NCBI GenBank assembly: GCA_964416765.1 | Contig: CAYQEU010000001.1 | Location: forward strand, 475,168-539,167 | Length of the DNA stretch: 64,000 nt | Reading direction: 5' to 3' | Source: an uncultured Candidatus Saccharibacteria bacterium | Lineage (GTDB): Bacteria > Patescibacteriota > Doudnabacteria > UBA920 | Translations under genes and position numbers: made by a program | The notes under the pieces: model-generated | Databases searched by the model: none | What the model was told of the DNA's origin: nothing | The model's input: the letters and a program-made list of their open reading frames with translations, nothing else | Shown here: one piece after another, positions 9,853 through 19,644 of the stretch | Layout of the letters: each line of letters opens with the position of its first letter | How positions within the stretch are numbered: the first letter of the stretch is position 1

Positions 9853-10901
9853 TACTGTTTATTAAATATTTTTTCTGCCATAGCATCTGCCACGGCGTCA
9901 GGATTCAATTTTTGTTTCGATGATTCATCCAAAACTTTCTTGAGCGTCTTCTTCAGATTATTGATATTTTTTAATACCCTTGTTTTATCATATCCACCTG
10001 GTAAAAGTTCATCCGCTACATTGATCAACCCTCCCGCATTTGCAATATAATCAGGAATGTGAAGAATGCCTTTCTGGAACAACTTATCCTTTATACTTTC
10101 ATCCGCTAATTGATTATTAGCGGTGCCGCAAACAATTGGAGCTCTGAGGCTTTTTAATCTCTCATCATCAATATCATTTCCCAACGCACAGGGACAATAT
10201 ACGTCTACTTCAGTTGTCTGCATTTCGCTCATTGTCACCGGCTGAATGTTAGGATGCAATTTTGATAACAAGTCTATTTTGGTCGAATCTATATCGGTAG
10301 CAAAAACTACTCCACCGGCCTTAGCTAATAACCAAGCTAATTCGCTTCCCGTTTTCCCCACTCCTTTTATGGCGAATTTTTTTCCCGTAATATCGGAATT
10401 GTTATACAAGTGTTCTAAAGCTACTTGAATACAAAGGAATACGCTCATGGCGGCGTATTTGGATGGATCCCCTGCCAAACCAGTTTTACCAATGAAGTAC
10501 GGACTGTACTGAAGCATGTATTGCACCTGTGGCTCGCTAAGGCCAACATCTTCGCCAGTATAAAATCTCCCTTTGAGAGAGCTTACTTTTTCGGCATAGG
10601 ATTTTAGAATTGCGTTGGTATCAGAGTGTGCCAAATCAGCAATGATTACACCTTTTCCTCCTCCAAAGGGTAGTCCTGCGATTGCACATTTATAAGTCAT
10701 AGCACGCGAAAGCCTTAAAACATCTTTTAATGCTTGTTCTTTGTCTTGGTAATTAAATATGCGGGTACCGCCCAATGCTGGTCCCAAATTTGTGTTGTGA
10801 ACGGCAATATAACCGGAAATTCCCGAGTTGTCTTCCGACAAGTCAACGACCTGTTCGTGATCTTGGTATTCCGGTGTTTTGTTAATATCTATGTAATCCA
10901 C
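9852..10901 (-). CDS. Glu/Leu/Phe/Val dehydrogenase family (leucine/phenylalanine dehydrogenase-like)
   Basis: GGTRIFNY...AIAGLPFGGGKGVI catalytic Lys motif; C-terminal NAD Rossmann GVGKTGSELA; 349 aa. Confidence 0.8.
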   Translation of the reverse strand: MDYIDINKTPEYQDHEQVVDLSEDNSGISGYIAVHNTNLGPALGGTRIFNYQDKEQALKDVLRLSRAMTYKCAIAGLPFGGGKGVIIADLAHSDTNAILKSYAEKVSSLKGRFYTGEDVGLSEPQVQYMLQYSPYFIGKTGLAGDPSKYAAMSVFLCIQVALEHLYNNSDITGKKFAIKGVGKTGSELAWLLAKAGGVVFATDIDSTKIDLLSKLHPNIQPVTMSEMQTTEVDVYCPCALGNDIDDERLKSLRAPIVCGTANNQLADESIKDKLFQKGILHIPDYIANAGGLINVADELLPGGYDKTRVLKNINNLKKTLKKVLDESSKQKLNPDAVADAMAEKIFNKQ

Positions 10902-11017
10902 TGTTGCGATATAACCCCTCTAAATCTCTATAATTATAGCTAATTTAGGCATATATATCAACATTTAGCACTAAGTCAGGAGTTGACTTTTAAGTAAAAA
11001 AACTATGTAATATACCC

Positions 11018-11467
11018 ATGCCCTGTATTTTTTGCCAAATTGTCTCAGGGGAAGCGCCATCCCATAAAGTCTGGGAAAGTGAATCCCATATGGCTTTCCT
11101 ATCAATTTTCCCCAATACCGAAGGGGTAACCGTGGTGGTACCCAAAGAACACTACCCCAGCTATGTCTTTGATATGCCAGAATTAGCCTTCATGAGCCTT
11201 ATTGCCGCCGCCAAAGAAGTTGGCCTTTTACTGGACTCCAAACTGGATGACGTAGGCCGTACGGCCATGGTTGCCGAAGGCTTCGGTGTGGACCACGCCC
11301 ACATCAAACTTTTCCCCATGCATGGCACCAAGGGCGATTGGGTCCCCCGCCATTCTGACATCAATACCTATTACGAAACCTACCCAGGCTATATCTCCAC
11401 CCACGATTCCGACAAGGCGGACGATTCTGCCCTGGCTGACCTGGCCAAGAAGATAAAAAATGGGTAG
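11018..11467 (+). CDS. HIT-family (histidine triad) hydrolase
   Basis: HIT motif VDHAHIKLFP; CxxC at N-terminus; 149 aa. Confidence 0.75.
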   Translation: MPCIFCQIVSGEAPSHKVWESESHMAFLSIFPNTEGVTVVVPKEHYPSYVFDMPELAFMSLIAAAKEVGLLLDSKLDDVGRTAMVAEGFGVDHAHIKLFPMHGTKGDWVPRHSDINTYYETYPGYISTHDSDKADDSALADLAKKIKNG

Positions 11468-11624
11468 CAACGGCGTTTCGTTACTACCCAATTAATCATG
11501 GACTGGAATAATTTAAAAGAAACTGAAATGAACGGTCATACGGCGAATGGACAGCCAAAATACTGGCATCTCTTTGACATTATAGCGCGCAAACAATAGC
11601 CTATTCGCCAAAACAGTACTTTTC

Positions 11625-11633
11625 TGGTATAAT
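11625..11633 (+). promoter_or_regulatory. Extended -10 element TGGTATAAT upstream of response regulator gene
   Basis: tttcTGGTATAATaaac ~37 nt upstream of ATG at 11671. Confidence 0.4.
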
Positions 11634-11670
11634 AAACATAAGGTACTTAACCTTTTCTGAAACAAAAACT

Positions 11671-12150
11671 ATGGCAGACATAGAAAAACCGAAAAAGATC
11701 CTCATGATTGAGGACGACGTGGCCATGAGGGAAATTGTCATCCACAAGCTCATGACCCATGGTTTTGAAGTTAAAGAAGCTGAAGACGGAAAGCAGGGCA
11801 TTGATTTAGCTATTGCTGAAAAGCCTGACCTAATCTTGCTTGATTTGATGCTCCCGGAAGTTGACGGGTTCCAGGTTCTGGAAACTGTCCGCTCAAACCC
11901 GGACCAGAAAGTAGCCAACACCCCTATTATCATTTTGAGCAACCTCTGGAGCAACAAGGATATCCTTCGCACCAAGGCACTTAAAGTACAGGCTTACATG
12001 GTTAAGGCTTACTTTACCACCGAAGAAATCTTAACTAAAATCAACGAGATACTGGCTGCCGGACCCGACGCCCCGGCAGCAATTCCAGTCGAAGGAGCGC
12101 CATCCTCCGCCGCTCCCGCCTCACCGCCACCCGGAACACCGGCGCAATAA
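11671..12150 (+). CDS. Stand-alone receiver-domain response regulator (CheY-like) with Pro/Ala-rich C-terminal tail
   Basis: ILMIEDD...DLILLDLMLPEVDG...IIILSN receiver motifs (phospho-accepting Asp in LLDLML); no output domain. Confidence 0.8.
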   Translation: MADIEKPKKILMIEDDVAMREIVIHKLMTHGFEVKEAEDGKQGIDLAIAEKPDLILLDLMLPEVDGFQVLETVRSNPDQKVANTPIIILSNLWSNKDILRTKALKVQAYMVKAYFTTEEILTKINEILAAGPDAPAAIPVEGAPSSAAPASPPPGTPAQ

Positions 12151-12161
12151 TAACCAAAACT

Positions 12162-12196
12162 AAAACCCGCCTCTCTAGATGGCGGGCTTTTTGTTT
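12162..12196. terminator. Bidirectional rho-independent terminator between response regulator and HU gene
   Basis: cccgcc-9nt loop-ggcggg followed by cttttt; A-run upstream for opposite strand. Confidence 0.6.
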
Positions 12197-12212
12197 CTAA
12201 CGACTAATCTGT

Positions 12213-12503
12213 TTAGAGGATGGAATCCTTAGCAGCTTTTGCTACGCGAAACTTAACTACAGTCTTGGCAGGAATCTGGATAGATTCGCCGGTTGCCGGG
12301 TTGCGGCCCATGCGAGCATCGCGGTGCTTCTTCTGAAGCTTACCAAGGCCAGGAATGGTGAATTCGCCGCTCTTCTTGGTTTCGCTGTAAGCCAACGCAA
12401 CCATGGCATCCATCATTTCGCTAACTTCCTTGCGAGTCTTGCCGAGCTTGTCGGCCAAGTATTGTAAGGTCTCTGACTTAGTCATTGTTTGTACCTTTTG
12501 CAT
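12213..12503 (-). CDS. hup: HU-family nucleoid-associated DNA-binding protein
   Basis: ARMGRNPATGESIQIPAKTVVKFR arm motif typical of HU/IHF; 96 aa. Confidence 0.85.
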   Translation of the reverse strand: MQKVQTMTKSETLQYLADKLGKTRKEVSEMMDAMVALAYSETKKSGEFTIPGLGKLQKKHRDARMGRNPATGESIQIPAKTVVKFRVAKAAKDSIL

Positions 12504-12686
12504 CCGTGCCTGTAAATTTTCGAGGCCGGATTTAATTATTTTATTCCCTCCAAAAGATCCATAAAAATCATATCAGAAAGCCTAGTAAAATCAAGCATTT
12601 TTCAAAACTTGGCTTAAACAAGGCAAAAAACTCATTTAAAAAACCCCAATAAAATCAATGGGTTTAGGTACTAACAAAACCAAATT

Positions 12687-13664
12687 ATGCTAGAATGGTT
12701 TAAAGACATGCCAACACACGCTGATACTTCGAAAAAGTACAATTTCAAAAAGAGGGAAATTTTGGATTTATTAGCAAAAGAGTTCAAAATCACTAGTCCA
12801 CAATTAAGCCTTATTAAGTCAGGGCTGATTAATACTTCCATTAAGGTATCCTCTGCTAAAGAAGGTAAGTATTTGTTGAGGGTATACAAAGATCAACCGG
12901 AAGCAAAAATTCTGCGCGAACTGCTATTTATGGAGAAAATGAGCCGGAATCAAATCCCTGTACCCAAAATCTTTTTATCGAGAACCAAGTCTAAGATTAT
13001 TAAGTTTATGGATGATAGCGGAATAAAAAGAAAAGCTGTATTATTTGAGTTTAAAAGAGGTAAGCATATTTCTGCTTCACAACTAAATATGATTCAGGAG
13101 GTTGCTAATATTCATGCTCGCATGCACAAGGCAACCGGCAAGCTTACTCCTGCTTCTAAAGGAGTAAGAAACGCTATATTATGGCTTAAAGATGAACACG
13201 ATTCCGCTCAATACAAACTAAAATCTCTACCCGCCCAGAAGCAAAAACTCGATGTTATCTTTAGTAGCGTTATTAAAAAATTTCAAAAGTTACCTGTCCT
13301 CCCTCAAGGTTTGGCACACCTTGATTTTGATAGTTCCAATATTTTAGTGACCGGTCAAAAGGTCACTGGTATTATTGATTTTGACGACCTAGACCAAGTC
13401 CCTTTTATTATGGATTTGGGGTATTCCATATGGTGGTGGGTTTTTAATAATAACATCGTTAACTTGGAAAAAATTATTAATAACTATACTTCAGCCTACC
13501 AGAATGTCCGGCCGCTATCGTCAAAAGAACGTGAATCCCTCCGGTTGTTTATATCATTACGCAATATTACTCTAGCTTACTTATTGTTCGTTAACCTCCC
13601 CAAACGTCCAATCGTGGCTAAACTAAATAAAGCGATCTCTCTGAACAACCAGATTAACCGCTAA
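12687..13664 (+). CDS. Phosphotransferase-family kinase (APH/choline-kinase/homoserine-kinase-II-like); alternative start at 12708 possible
   Basis: Catalytic loop HLDFDSSNILV (HxDxxxxN) and IIDFDD (DFD metal-binding); Lys-rich N-lobe. Confidence 0.55.
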   Translation: MLEWFKDMPTHADTSKKYNFKKREILDLLAKEFKITSPQLSLIKSGLINTSIKVSSAKEGKYLLRVYKDQPEAKILRELLFMEKMSRNQIPVPKIFLSRTKSKIIKFMDDSGIKRKAVLFEFKRGKHISASQLNMIQEVANIHARMHKATGKLTPASKGVRNAILWLKDEHDSAQYKLKSLPAQKQKLDVIFSSVIKKFQKLPVLPQGLAHLDFDSSNILVTGQKVTGIIDFDDLDQVPFIMDLGYSIWWWVFNNNIVNLEKIINNYTSAYQNVRPLSSKERESLRLFISLRNITLAYLLFVNLPKRPIVAKLNKAISLNNQINR

Positions 13665-13668
13665 TCCT

Positions 13669-14799
13669 ATGTATATCCCCTTCCATGAACCTCACCTATC
13701 GAAAAAGACGGAATCAATAGTGAAAAAAGTTTTAGAGAGTAAGTGGCTTACTACGGGAAATTACGCCAAATTGTTTGAAAAGGAAATAGCTAGTTTCCTT
13801 CGGGCCGAGCACGTAACCGCGGTCTCATCGTGTACTGCCGCTCTGCATGTGGCTTACCTTGCCGTCGGGCTGGAACCAGGAGACGAGGTAATTGTTCCAA
13901 GCTTCACCTTTTGCTCTACTATAAACATGATTGTTAATACTGGTGCTAAACCAGTATTTTGTGATATCGATGAGCAATCCTTATGCTTAGACCCTAAGGA
14001 CGTGGCAAGAAAAATTTCCCCCAAGACCAAAGTAGTATTAGCCGTACATTTCGGCGGGACCCCGGCTGACCTAGATGCCATAAAAAAAGTTACCCAAGAC
14101 AAAAATATAGTTATAATTGAAGACGCAGCCCATGCCTTCACTACAAAATATAAAGGCAAGTATATTGGCACCCACGGTAACATCTCCTGTTTCAGCTTTT
14201 ATGCCACCAAAGTTTTAACTACTGGGGAAGGTGGTCTGCTTACTGTTCCTACATCATCAATGCTTACCACAGCTAAAACTATAGCCAATCATGGAGTCCC
14301 CGAGCAAAAGCACCACCGTTATTCTAAGTTAGGCAATCCTGGATACGAGGTGATTTATCCAGGATATAAATACAACCTAAGCGACCTCCACGCTGCAGTT
14401 GGCTTATCACAAATTGATTCAATTGAAGCTGACTTGAAAAAGCGCTCTGCCATAGCAAGCACTTATCAGCGCCTTTTAGGAAAGAATAGTAATCTAGTGC
14501 TCCCCCTTAACCCTGCCCAAAGAGGTAGCCAGCATTCTTGGCACTTGTTTACTACGCAAGTTGTTAAATCCAAGCACAGGGATCCCCTGCTGAGGCACTT
14601 AAAGCAAAAAGGTATAGGTACTAGTGTTCATTTTATCCCCAACCACGAGCAGCCATATTATAAAAAAATGTTTCCAAAAGTAAGACTACCAGTTACCGAA
14701 AGGGTCGGATCTACCATTTTGTCTTTGCCCATATATCCAGGATTAAAACCAGATGCCTTAAAATACATTGCTAAGGCCATAAACGAATTCTTATGGTAA
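13669..14799 (+). CDS. DegT/DnrJ/EryC1/StrS-family PLP-dependent sugar aminotransferase
   Basis: SCTAALHVA..., GDEVIVPSFTF, SFYATKVLTTGEGG (PLP Lys) motifs. Confidence 0.8.
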   Translation: MYIPFHEPHLSKKTESIVKKVLESKWLTTGNYAKLFEKEIASFLRAEHVTAVSSCTAALHVAYLAVGLEPGDEVIVPSFTFCSTINMIVNTGAKPVFCDIDEQSLCLDPKDVARKISPKTKVVLAVHFGGTPADLDAIKKVTQDKNIVIIEDAAHAFTTKYKGKYIGTHGNISCFSFYATKVLTTGEGGLLTVPTSSMLTTAKTIANHGVPEQKHHRYSKLGNPGYEVIYPGYKYNLSDLHAAVGLSQIDSIEADLKKRSAIASTYQRLLGKNSNLVLPLNPAQRGSQHSWHLFTTQVVKSKHRDPLLRHLKQKGIGTSVHFIPNHEQPYYKKMFPKVRLPVTERVGSTILSLPIYPGLKPDALKYIAKAINEFLW

Positions 14800-15719
14800 A
14801 TTTGCGAGGCAAAAACATTTTAATTACCGGTTCTAGTGGCTTCGTTGGATCGAACTTAGCCAAGGCCCTTTCAAGGCGAAGCGATATAAAAGTTACCTTA
14901 CTTGATACCAAGGCGCCCCGATATCCTGTTCCCGTAGGATGGCATTTCATAAAAGGATCCTTTGTCCAGCCTGATCTTCGCCGCAAAGCGCTGGCTGGAC
15001 AGGACCTTATTTTCCATCTGGGGGCCGTCGTAGGAGTAGAAACGGCTTTAAAGCAAAAAGAATTGCTGCGAAAAGTAAACTTAGATGCAACCATTGAGTT
15101 TATCGATGACGCTGTTCAGGCAGGGTGCAAAAAAATAGTATTTACTTCATCCTCAGAAATTTACGGCAACAGCAAAAAGATTCCATTCTTGGAATCGCAG
15201 CGAGCCAAACCGATATCAGATTACGGGAAGTATAAAATTTTAATTGAAAAGCATTTGCGGTCGCTGGTCAAGAAAGGCAAAATCAAAGCTACAGTAGTTC
15301 GGTTTTTTAATGTTTATGGGCCCGGGCAAAGGGATGCTTTCGTAATATCTCAATTTATTAAAAGAGCAGCGACTGGAAAACCTTTAATTATATTTGGCAG
15401 TGGCAACCAGACCCGAAGTTTCACCTACATTGATGACGCCATAACTGGATTACTTAAGGCCATGCGTTACGACCAAACTAATTTCGAAATCTTTAATATT
15501 GGCAGCGACCAAGAATTTTCCTTGTCCAAACTCGCTAATCTTATCGCTTCTTCCGAGTATCCGAAATTGAAAATTTTGTACCAGGATCCGACCATAAAGA
15601 GATATGACATAGCTAAACGAGTTCCCTCTTTGGAAAAGTCTAAGAAACTTTTAAAATTCCGGGCCAAGGTTTCTCTTCCCGCAGGACTGAGGTTTATGAA
15701 AGATGCAGAAACAGTTTGA
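14793..15719 (+). CDS. NAD-dependent epimerase/dehydratase (SDR family)
   Basis: ILITGSSGFVGSNL Rossmann; YGNSK (YxxxK) catalytic motif. Confidence 0.75.
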   Translation: MVNLRGKNILITGSSGFVGSNLAKALSRRSDIKVTLLDTKAPRYPVPVGWHFIKGSFVQPDLRRKALAGQDLIFHLGAVVGVETALKQKELLRKVNLDATIEFIDDAVQAGCKKIVFTSSSEIYGNSKKIPFLESQRAKPISDYGKYKILIEKHLRSLVKKGKIKATVVRFFNVYGPGQRDAFVISQFIKRAATGKPLIIFGSGNQTRSFTYIDDAITGLLKAMRYDQTNFEIFNIGSDQEFSLSKLANLIASSEYPKLKILYQDPTIKRYDIAKRVPSLEKSKKLLKFRAKVSLPAGLRFMKDAETV

Positions 15720-16965
15720 TCCAAAAGCATACAGCCCAGCTCGCCCTGGAAGGATATCCCAAATATATCCTTCCCCTTATTTAATATTTGATACCGTCGC
15801 GATTTTTTTCAGCGCAGTGTTACTTTTATTTCCGGGAATGAGAGACAAACTTCATAAAAAAATTAGATTGCTTCTGCTCCAAAAATTTCCAGCTAACGAA
15901 GCAGTTCTTTATGATTCGGGTAGGTCTGCTCTGGTCGCCGCTCTGGTTGAAAGCGGAGTAAAAGAAGGTGACGAAGTCATAATAAATAACAATTCGTGCC
16001 CGGCTGTGGCTGACAGCATAATCAGTACGAATGCAACTCCCGTTCTTGCCAAATGTAATGAGCAAGGTTGTATAGACATGGATTCACTAGACCAGATAAT
16101 CACCGCTAGAACCAAAGCAATAATTTTAACCCACTCTTATGGATTGCTCGATCAAGAACCGGTGCTCGAAGGTTCTGATATTGAAATAATCAATGATCTG
16201 GCGCAATGTGATCTGACAGACCCAGCTGTTATCGCCACAATCACTAAATACAAATTATCTATCCTAAGCTTTGGTCCGGAAAAATATTTTTCTGGATTGG
16301 GTGGAGGAGTCCTCCTAAACAATTATACGAGCCGGCCCACCCTGCCGAGTGGTGTTTCTAGGGTCGCACAACTCAAACAATCATGGGCATTTTGCGTTCA
16401 AAGATATCGCTACGTGTTAACTTTTTTTCTTTATTCTCTTAAGATTCCAGGGGTATTATCTCTGACATCCTCAATTCGCCTTTCTTTGCAATTCAAATCG
16501 AAAAAATCCCCTCACGACATATCCAAACCTGAAGCAATTGAGCCAAAATCCTATAATTCCTTTTTACTACTTTCGTTGTGGTATCGCCTTCACAGGATTA
16601 ATAGGGATATGAACGCCGAAAGAAACTACGTTTTGCTTAAAAGACTTTTGCCTGATATTCTAATTAGCCCCATTCTTTTGAATCAAACCCTTCCCCTCCA
16701 AGCGGTCATTAAAGTTCCTCCTCACGGAAGACAAAGATTAGCTGAGCAGCTTTCTAAACAAGGATTTCAAACGGTATGGAACTATTTTCCCCTTTCCTAT
16801 TACACCGCTTATTCAAATTTTCCGAGCCAAGTTAGCAATTTTTGGGAAAATGTTTTAACTATCCCTTTTCGTTCACTTTCTAGTTCTCAAATTCATAAAT
16901 TGGCAAAAATTATTAATGATGAAGTTATCCCAAATTCAGCAAATTCCCAATCCCTTTCTAACTAA
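15703..16965 (+). CDS. Divergent DegT-like aminotransferase paralog with ~180-aa C-terminal extension
   Basis: LYDSGRSAL, ILTHSYGLL, SFGPEKYFSGLGGG resemble DegT motifs; extra C-terminal region of unknown function. Confidence 0.45.
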   Translation: MQKQFDPKAYSPARPGRISQIYPSPYLIFDTVAIFFSAVLLLFPGMRDKLHKKIRLLLLQKFPANEAVLYDSGRSALVAALVESGVKEGDEVIINNNSCPAVADSIISTNATPVLAKCNEQGCIDMDSLDQIITARTKAIILTHSYGLLDQEPVLEGSDIEIINDLAQCDLTDPAVIATITKYKLSILSFGPEKYFSGLGGGVLLNNYTSRPTLPSGVSRVAQLKQSWAFCVQRYRYVLTFFLYSLKIPGVLSLTSSIRLSLQFKSKKSPHDISKPEAIEPKSYNSFLLLSLWYRLHRINRDMNAERNYVLLKRLLPDILISPILLNQTLPLQAVIKVPPHGRQRLAEQLSKQGFQTVWNYFPLSYYTAYSNFPSQVSNFWENVLTIPFRSLSSSQIHKLAKIINDEVIPNSANSQSLSN

Positions 16966-17752
16966 TCGATTTTTCGATCAGCCAAATTTCCAAAATGTTT
17001 TAAGGGAAGTGTTCTCTTTAAAAACTTCTGCTTTTAATTTTACCTTGGAAAATACAGATGGGTATATCAATATTCAAGAAGATAAAACAGGAATCTACTC
17101 AAATTTTATGGGCTATGGGGGTCCCATTATGGAGCGCCAAACCGGCAATATATCCTCTGTGCTTAGCGCTCTGCAACAGGAATATGGAAAAAAGTTTAGG
17201 CGTATCAAGCTTTACCCGTTCAATTCACAACTGCCTCATAACGGGTTCAAACCGGAGCAAACTTGGATTTTAGATTTAACAAAGTTTAATCTGGAAAACC
17301 TCAGTAAATCCGTAAGGTATGAAGTCCGAAAAGCAAAACAAAATGATGTATTAATCCGTCCTCTGGAGAAAGAAGAACTAGAATCGTTCTATAATATCTA
17401 CAAACAAACAGCTGCTCGGGTAGGCAGCAGTTATTTAACCCCATATCTGCTATTTCAAAAGCTACATGACATACCTGCATGCTTATTTCTTGGTGCATTC
17501 CACAAAAAAGAGTTGATTGCTACCAGCGTGTACCTACAATCTGACCAATATGTTTACTTCTGGTGGAATTCCTCAACAGATAAAGGACGATTACTTTCTG
17601 CTAATTACAGTCTTACCTTCGAAGCGATCAATTTATTTCAGAACAAGGGAATTTTGCACCTGGATATGGCTAGTTCCCATAATGAGAAAATACTCCGTTC
17701 AAAAGAAAACTGGGGTGCTACCCCAGCGAATTTTCTTAACCTATCTATTTAA
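16916..17752 (+). CDS. FemAB-like / GNAT-fold (Acetyltransf_6-like) acyl- or aminoacyl-transferase
   Basis: Size and pattern (YEVRKAKQNDV...YLQSDQYVYFWWNSS) reminiscent of FemAB/BioF2-like N-acyltransferases in sugar clusters; weak. Confidence 0.35.
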   Translation: MMKLSQIQQIPNPFLTNRFFDQPNFQNVLREVFSLKTSAFNFTLENTDGYINIQEDKTGIYSNFMGYGGPIMERQTGNISSVLSALQQEYGKKFRRIKLYPFNSQLPHNGFKPEQTWILDLTKFNLENLSKSVRYEVRKAKQNDVLIRPLEKEELESFYNIYKQTAARVGSSYLTPYLLFQKLHDIPACLFLGAFHKKELIATSVYLQSDQYVYFWWNSSTDKGRLLSANYSLTFEAINLFQNKGILHLDMASSHNEKILRSKENWGATPANFLNLSI

Positions 17753-18749
17753 CCATTGCTTCAGCAGGGTTAAATTCATAAGCGCGACGGGCATACTCAG
17801 GAAAATATTTGTGCACCAAGCCCTGCAATAATTTCATGTTATCAGGCTCGGGATTGGTCACTACTATAAAACCCGGGGATGATTCGTTGATATTGGTCCA
17901 GAGTTTGGCTCCGGCGCTGCTGGCAAAGTAAGCGGCGGCTGCGACATCCACTTTCTGCAAATCGAAACCAACAAACACATTGCCATTTTTGCTGACGGTG
18001 TCAGCGATCCCATACGCTGCGCTGCTATACCGGACATCTTTCAGCACTTGGTGGGAACCCTTTAGCTCTGCCCAAAATTTGGCCATCGCCTCATTCGTTT
18101 CTTCTGCTTCAGGGATGTCTGAAAAGTCGCTGTAGTACACTGATTCTTCAAACCTCCTCGGATTCGCTATGACTAGCCCTAGCTCGTCTGCTGAGACGTG
18201 AAAAGCTTTCTGGTCGCCTGCATAAAATAACTCTTGTTTTTCTGGCACATAGATCATTCCGTAATCCAACTTATTGCCTTTTTCATGGGCCAAGGAAATG
18301 CTGTAATCATTATATCCAGCCACATACGCCCTGGTGCCGTCTAGAGAATCCAAATAAAATCTAGATTCAGCCATTGGGTTACCGACTTTACCCTCTTCGC
18401 CTATGAAATAAGTCAGCTTTTCATCATTTACTTTTTTTAGCTCATCTAAAATCCGGGTTTGTGACTCCAGATCGGCCGCAGTCACGATATCGGTGCGGGA
18501 GTTTTCGAGCGGCTTTGTGTCTGCAACTACTGAATCTTTCTTTTCTACCAACAAAGCTCCGCCTTCAATAATCGCATCAAAAGCGTTGCGCAGGGATTTT
18601 TTCTTATCCGGGTCTTCTACAGTTGATTCTATCAAAATATAAAATCTATGAGCGATAGAATCTATTCTTTCAACATGGTCGCGCACTTTCTTCTCCGAGC
18701 TGGCCGAGAATTCAGACAGGGAGGATGAGCGTTCAAAATTATTTTGCAT
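17745..18749 (-). CDS. Inositol monophosphatase family protein (IMPase/CysQ-like) with N-terminal extension
   Basis: FYLDSLDGTRAYV (DPxDGT metal-binding) and WTNINES... motifs of IMPase superfamily. Confidence 0.6.
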   Translation of the reverse strand: MQNNFERSSSLSEFSASSEKKVRDHVERIDSIAHRFYILIESTVEDPDKKKSLRNAFDAIIEGGALLVEKKDSVVADTKPLENSRTDIVTAADLESQTRILDELKKVNDEKLTYFIGEEGKVGNPMAESRFYLDSLDGTRAYVAGYNDYSISLAHEKGNKLDYGMIYVPEKQELFYAGDQKAFHVSADELGLVIANPRRFEESVYYSDFSDIPEAEETNEAMAKFWAELKGSHQVLKDVRYSSAAYGIADTVSKNGNVFVGFDLQKVDVAAAAYFASSAGAKLWTNINESSPGFIVVTNPEPDNMKLLQGLVHKYFPEYARRAYEFNPAEAMVK

Positions 18750-18751
18750 TC

Positions 18752-19642
18752 TTAAAGAAGTTTATGATTTTTTAGCCACCCGATTGTAATTTCTAGGTTT
18801 TTCCTTTTCTGATAGTTGGCATCCTGGATTTCCAAAGATACGTGATACAGGGCTCTCGTCCTTTTTAGGCCAGATAAACATCGTGCTAAAACCTGTTCCG
18901 AAAAATCTCCTCGGGCTGGGGTTATTCCCTCATTATTATAACCTTTGGCTCCCGGGAAAGCGAGTCCGGCAAAGGAGCTGAAATGGTAATGTATTATTTG
19001 CCCTTGGATCGTACGGTAGTCGTTAAATTTAATTTTTTTGTTCTGGGCCAGAAAATTAGCTGCTTCAACCATCTTATTGGTAAAAGCCCAATGCCCAAAA
19101 TCCCAATTGATATATATGTTTTTAAATTTGCTAAATCCTTTAAAGTCTTGTGGGTACACGAAAATAGAATCAAAGTCAGTACCGTCATTGCCAATCACTG
19201 GCATATTCTCTATCGCCACTTTAACGGGCTTACCTTCTAAATACCTATCCAATTTTCCATAAAACGCCAACATTTTTTTCCGAATCAAAGGAAGCTTCTC
19301 CGGATCAAACTTATGAAGTGGCTGAATATAATTGGAATGCAGAATCACTTTCTCGATGCCTTCATTAGCCGCTAAATCCAAGTAACTATAAAGCAGATTC
19401 CGGAATCGGTGATCATCCAAATAATTAGCATTGTCAGTTGGGAAGTGAATACTAACTAAAGATCCAGGAAATCTTTTACGAACTTCCTGAATATTTTTGA
19501 CTATCCTTTTAAAAACCATGGGTGATTGGAGATTGAGCCCATCAAACAGGATTCCTTCTAACCCAAAATCATGACGCTTAATCAGAGCCTCAGGAATTTG
19601 GGACCGATCAGTTAACAGAAACGGAACTAAATACTTAATCAT
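18752..19642 (-). CDS. Sugar phosphate isomerase/epimerase, xylose-isomerase-like TIM barrel
   Basis: VKVAIENMP and DFGHW motifs typical of AP-endonuclease-2/xylose isomerase-like TIM barrel fold. Confidence 0.5.
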   Translation of the reverse strand: MIKYLVPFLLTDRSQIPEALIKRHDFGLEGILFDGLNLQSPMVFKRIVKNIQEVRKRFPGSLVSIHFPTDNANYLDDHRFRNLLYSYLDLAANEGIEKVILHSNYIQPLHKFDPEKLPLIRKKMLAFYGKLDRYLEGKPVKVAIENMPVIGNDGTDFDSIFVYPQDFKGFSKFKNIYINWDFGHWAFTNKMVEAANFLAQNKKIKFNDYRTIQGQIIHYHFSSFAGLAFPGAKGYNNEGITPARGDFSEQVLARCLSGLKRTRALYHVSLEIQDANYQKRKNLEITIGWLKNHKLL

Positions 19643-19644
19643 AA

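Noticed and set aside
11601-11975. Minus-strand ORF overlapping the response regulator gene
   Set aside because: It overlaps a confident receiver-domain CDS and has low-complexity sequence with no motif
12687-12707. Kinase start at 12687 versus a TGcTAGAAT promoter reading of the same bases
   Set aside because: The 12687 start could not be distinguished from the alternative start at Met8 (12708) without data. The ORF-track coordinates were kept and the alternative noted
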